A stretch of DNA of 64,000 nucleotides from Camelus dromedarius. Lineage: Eukaryota. A program made the translations under genes and the position numbers. Below are positions 60,701-64,000 of the stretch, in pieces. Numbering within the stretch: the first letter of the stretch is position 1; every line of letters starts with the position of its first letter. The stretch lies in assembly GCF_036321535.1 (NCBI RefSeq), contig NC_087449.1:38812001-38876000 (forward strand), in the 5' to 3' direction. Below the pieces are notes generated by a model. The model made no database searches. It was given only the letters and a program-made list of their open reading frames with translations, and was not told the origin of the DNA.

Positions 60701-62676
60701 TCCTCACTGCTGTTGAACCTGGAACTGAAATCAGTTTAGGGACGGCTAATTGCCTACCTGTAGTGTTTCCTCCATTTTTTGCCTGAGCATGGCCGCCAGC
60801 TGAAAGACTGCATTTCCCAGCCTCTCTTGGTGCTCGGTATGGCCATGTGACTAAGTTCAAGTTGAAGTAGAAGTGGAAATAGTACAAGTACATGTACATG
60901 AAAGTATCCTAAGCCTGTATAAAGTACTTCTGAGACTTCTCTTTAAAAAGGATGGAGCAGCAACTTTCTCCATCCCCCTTTCCCTTTCCTGCTGCCAGAA
61001 TGTGGAGATGATGGCTGTAGCCCCAGCAACCATCCTTGTGTGAGAATGGAAGTGTTACTGGGCCCTTTCCAGATTCTTGGACAGCAATACCATAGAAATG
61101 AATATCGCTTCCACAAGACTCTTAGGCAAACAACCAAAGCTTTTTATTAAAAGAGCTTGTGCACAAAGGAAAAGGCGGAATAAAAGTGCCAATTCCTCAG
61201 GAGAAGGGGTGACTTGCTTTTATAACATAGGGAGGGTTTGTCTCATGATCACTGATAATTTCCAGAAATCCTCAAACTTCTTTGATCAGCAGCAGGTGGC
61301 TCCATGGTGGCCATCAGGAGTAGGGAGTGCTTCTGTGAGGGGAAAGAAATGTATGAGAATTTTCTGCAAGAAAGCACAGAAATAGATAAGGTTAAAACTT
61401 ATAGTTGAGCTTCTTGTCTTGTGGCAAGTATTATACTTGTTAGTGTAACAGAGATAAAGTTAATCTTTTAAGCCTGTTTTTTGGTCTCTGGGACTCAGGC
61501 CCCCTTTGTTCTTTAGTGTGCAAGGACTGTTTTGCCCAAGGCCGTTCCCCAGTCCTTTTCCAAAATGGTTGTACGCTTGTCTTCCTATCTCAGAAGCAGA
61601 GGTTGGTGTTTAAGAAGTTCTCTGGAGGTGGAGGGGTTGGGGGAAGCCATGATTTGTAGCACTTGCTGATTTCCGTGGTGTAAATATTCCCACTGTGGCT
61701 GGTTTCAGGCTACTACCTTGAAGTAACTGAGGATGGAGGTGGGAAGAGATGCACCCATGAAGTAGCTGGCTCGGGCCATGCCCTGGTACCCCGGGGTGGT
61801 GGCCCTGCACTGGTATCTGTGTGCAGCCACAATTGCATTCTGGGTCTTTGACTGCCATTGAGCTTCCATAATAACTGCATTTCCTTGCTCCTGATTTCCT
61901 TCATGTGAAGGAAAGTAAACTTCTTGCTTGTTAAAGGTGCTCTTTGCGGAGTCTTTGTCACTCACTGAGAAACTCAATACTAACACAAGGAATGAGACAA
62001 AACTCAGTATTTGCTGATGATGTGGTTCCCTATATAAAAAAGCCAAGAGAATCAACGCCAATATATAAATAAACTAAAAAAGAGTTCTGCAAGATTGCTC
62101 CAAATGAAATCAATATGCAAATTAGTATTCCTCGCTACCAATAATAACCAACTAGTAAACATAATAGCAAAAGTAAGATATAATAACAACAAAACTATAG
62201 AGTACTTAGAAACCAACCTAAAAAAGTGACCTTTATAGAGGAAAAAAAATTAAATTCTCTAAGGACTTAAAGAGATCGAGCAAATGGAATAAAATACATA
62301 TTGATGGATAGTAACATGGTAAAGATTTTATTTCTCTCTAAATATTTCCAACAATTGAATGCAATTTCCGTCCAAATTCCAGCAGAATCTTTTAAGGAAC
62401 TTCATAAAGTTATTTTAATATTTACATGGAGAAATAAGATCCATGAATATCTGTGTAAATAGGAGAAAAAAGATTAAGAAAGCCACATTAATTAAAACAG
62501 GGTGACACTGGACAGGAAGATTCAACTTCAGGATAATGATTCCTTCTGGGGCCCGGGAGGCAGTTTCGAGAGGAGTGCTCAGGGAATAATGCTAAGAGAA
62601 CAAGTCAAGTTCTGTTTCTTAATTGGATTTGGGATATTTAGCTATTTTTTTAAAAAATTACATTCCATATACTCTT

Positions 62677-62810
62677 AAAAAAATTTTTGGGGGGGGGTGG
62701 GGAGGTAATTAGGTTTATTTATTTATTTATTTAAATGAAAATACTCGGGATTGAACCCAGGACCTCATGCATGCTAAGTATGCACTCTACCACTGAGCCA
62801 TACCCTCCCC
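62677..62810 (-). mobile_element. tRNA-Ala-derived SINE with 12-bp TSD
   Basis: TSD CCATATACTCTT (62665-62676 and 62811-62822). Confidence 0.87.
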
Positions 62811-63711
62811 CCATATACTCTTTTATGTATGAAATACATAAATTTTAAAATAAAGAAATAAAAAGGTTTTTAAGACATGGCACTTTAACTCCAGGAAAAG
62901 AAAAGTTTTACATGGTAGGAAAGGTAATCATAGAACTCTACTTGGCTTGGCTCAAACAATATTGAAATACAATGACTTAGGGAAGAGAGGGTGTGAGGGA
63001 GAAAACATCCTCATCTGTCATGATGAGAAGCTTGAAAAACCCCAAATAGAGTTGCTTATGCTAAGCCCCACTTCACAGAGCGGAGGCTTAACTAGTTTCA
63101 GCTCTCCCAGAAATGGAATCTTAAATCAGCCAGCCAATCAGGAATCGCCTGATCAGTGCTGGTTAGGTAATCTGTCTGATTTTACCTTAAGTCTCTGAGT
63201 GTTAAAACACATCTTCTGGGCTGAATAATTATCATTCTAAGTACATGATCAGTCAAAACAAGGTAAGAATTTTCAACCCAAAAAGTAAAAATTTATTGGA
63301 AATGCATCTCCTAATGAGATGGACGCATTTTTATTTTTCAATTGGTTTACATAGAGTGAAACAGTTTGTTGCCAATTCTATTCCTATTTTTGTTTCTACA
63401 AATGAAAGAGCTGAGAAAGCTTAAAATAAATAAATAGATGGGAATTGGAGAGAGTTTTGCTTTTTTGGTTTTTCTGTTTTTGTTTTTGTTTTATGCCTCT
63501 TTGTTGGATGTCCCAGATGGTTTTTACATCCCTGGCACTGTGGTACGCTCAAATGATGGACTATTGTGCAGAAAATAAAATGGATGAACTAAAACTAGAT
63601 TTACAGATACGAACACAAATTAATCTTGGAAATGTAATTTTGAATAAAAAAGGAATTACAGATGGATGGATAAGGTATGATATTTATATACATTTTAAAA
63701 ACACATGACCG

Positions 63712-63865
63712 AGGGGAAGAGAGTATAGCTCAGTGGTAGAACACGTGCTTAGCATGCACAGGGTCCTGGGTTCAATCCTCAGTACCTCCATTAAAAAAAA
63801 AATAGATAAGTAAACCTAATTATACCCCCTCCCCAGCAAAAAAAAAAAAAAAAAAGACAAAACCA
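63712..63865 (+). mobile_element. tRNA-Ala-derived SINE with long poly(A)
   Basis: GAGTATAGCTCAGTGGTAGAACACGTGCTTAGCATGCACAGGGTCCTGGGTTCAATCCTCAGTACCTCCA, tail AAACCTAATTATACCCCC, A-run; possible TSD AAAAACACAT. Confidence 0.87.
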
Positions 63866-64000
63866 AAAAACACATTACTGATAACTGTCGGTGATTGGAG
63901 GACATACCAACTTCAGAATAGTGGGTATCACTGGACAGAGTGGGAGCAAATGGGACTGGGGGGACAAATGCTGGCTACAACTTTATATATAAGGCTTTTA

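Noticed and set aside
63719-63790. tRNA-Ala(AGC) gene (anticodon arm GTGC-TTAGCAT-GCAC intact)
   Set aside because: Acceptor stem is mismatched and it continues into the SINE tail and poly(A). It is a SINE head, as are the other tRNA-like copies.

Overview
Mammalian genomic DNA, probably a camelid (inferred from a tRNA-Ala-derived SINE resembling vic-1). The gene order matches human 1p34.1 in reverse orientation. In order: a U5 snRNA gene with a complete Pol II snRNA promoter (+, 1212-1332); BTBD19 (-, 8 coding exons, 291 aa); DYNLT4/TCTEX1D4 (+, 219 aa); PLK3 (-, 15 exons, 651 aa); BEST4 (+, 9 exons, 469 aa); RPS8 (-, 6 exons, 208 aa), hosting SNORD55, SNORD46, SNORD38A and SNORD38B; KIF2C (-, 21 exons, 723 aa); then about 11 kb of repeat-rich intergenic DNA. 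All six CDSs were spliced by hand with GT-AG introns and give open frames. There are two N gaps. Most interesting observations: (1) an apparently functional U5 variant gene at the position where I recall human carrying a U5 annotated as a pseudogene; (2) a PLK3/DYNLT4 3' overlap where the same bases are AU-rich elements on one strand and poly(A) signals on the other; (3) an orphan ZNF143/ETS promoter-like CpG island and an LTR-donated poly(A) site at the BTBD19 3' end; (4) inverted SINEs flanking in-frame KIF2C exon 5. I found no convincing wholly new system. Comparisons to human sequences are from memory and need checking.
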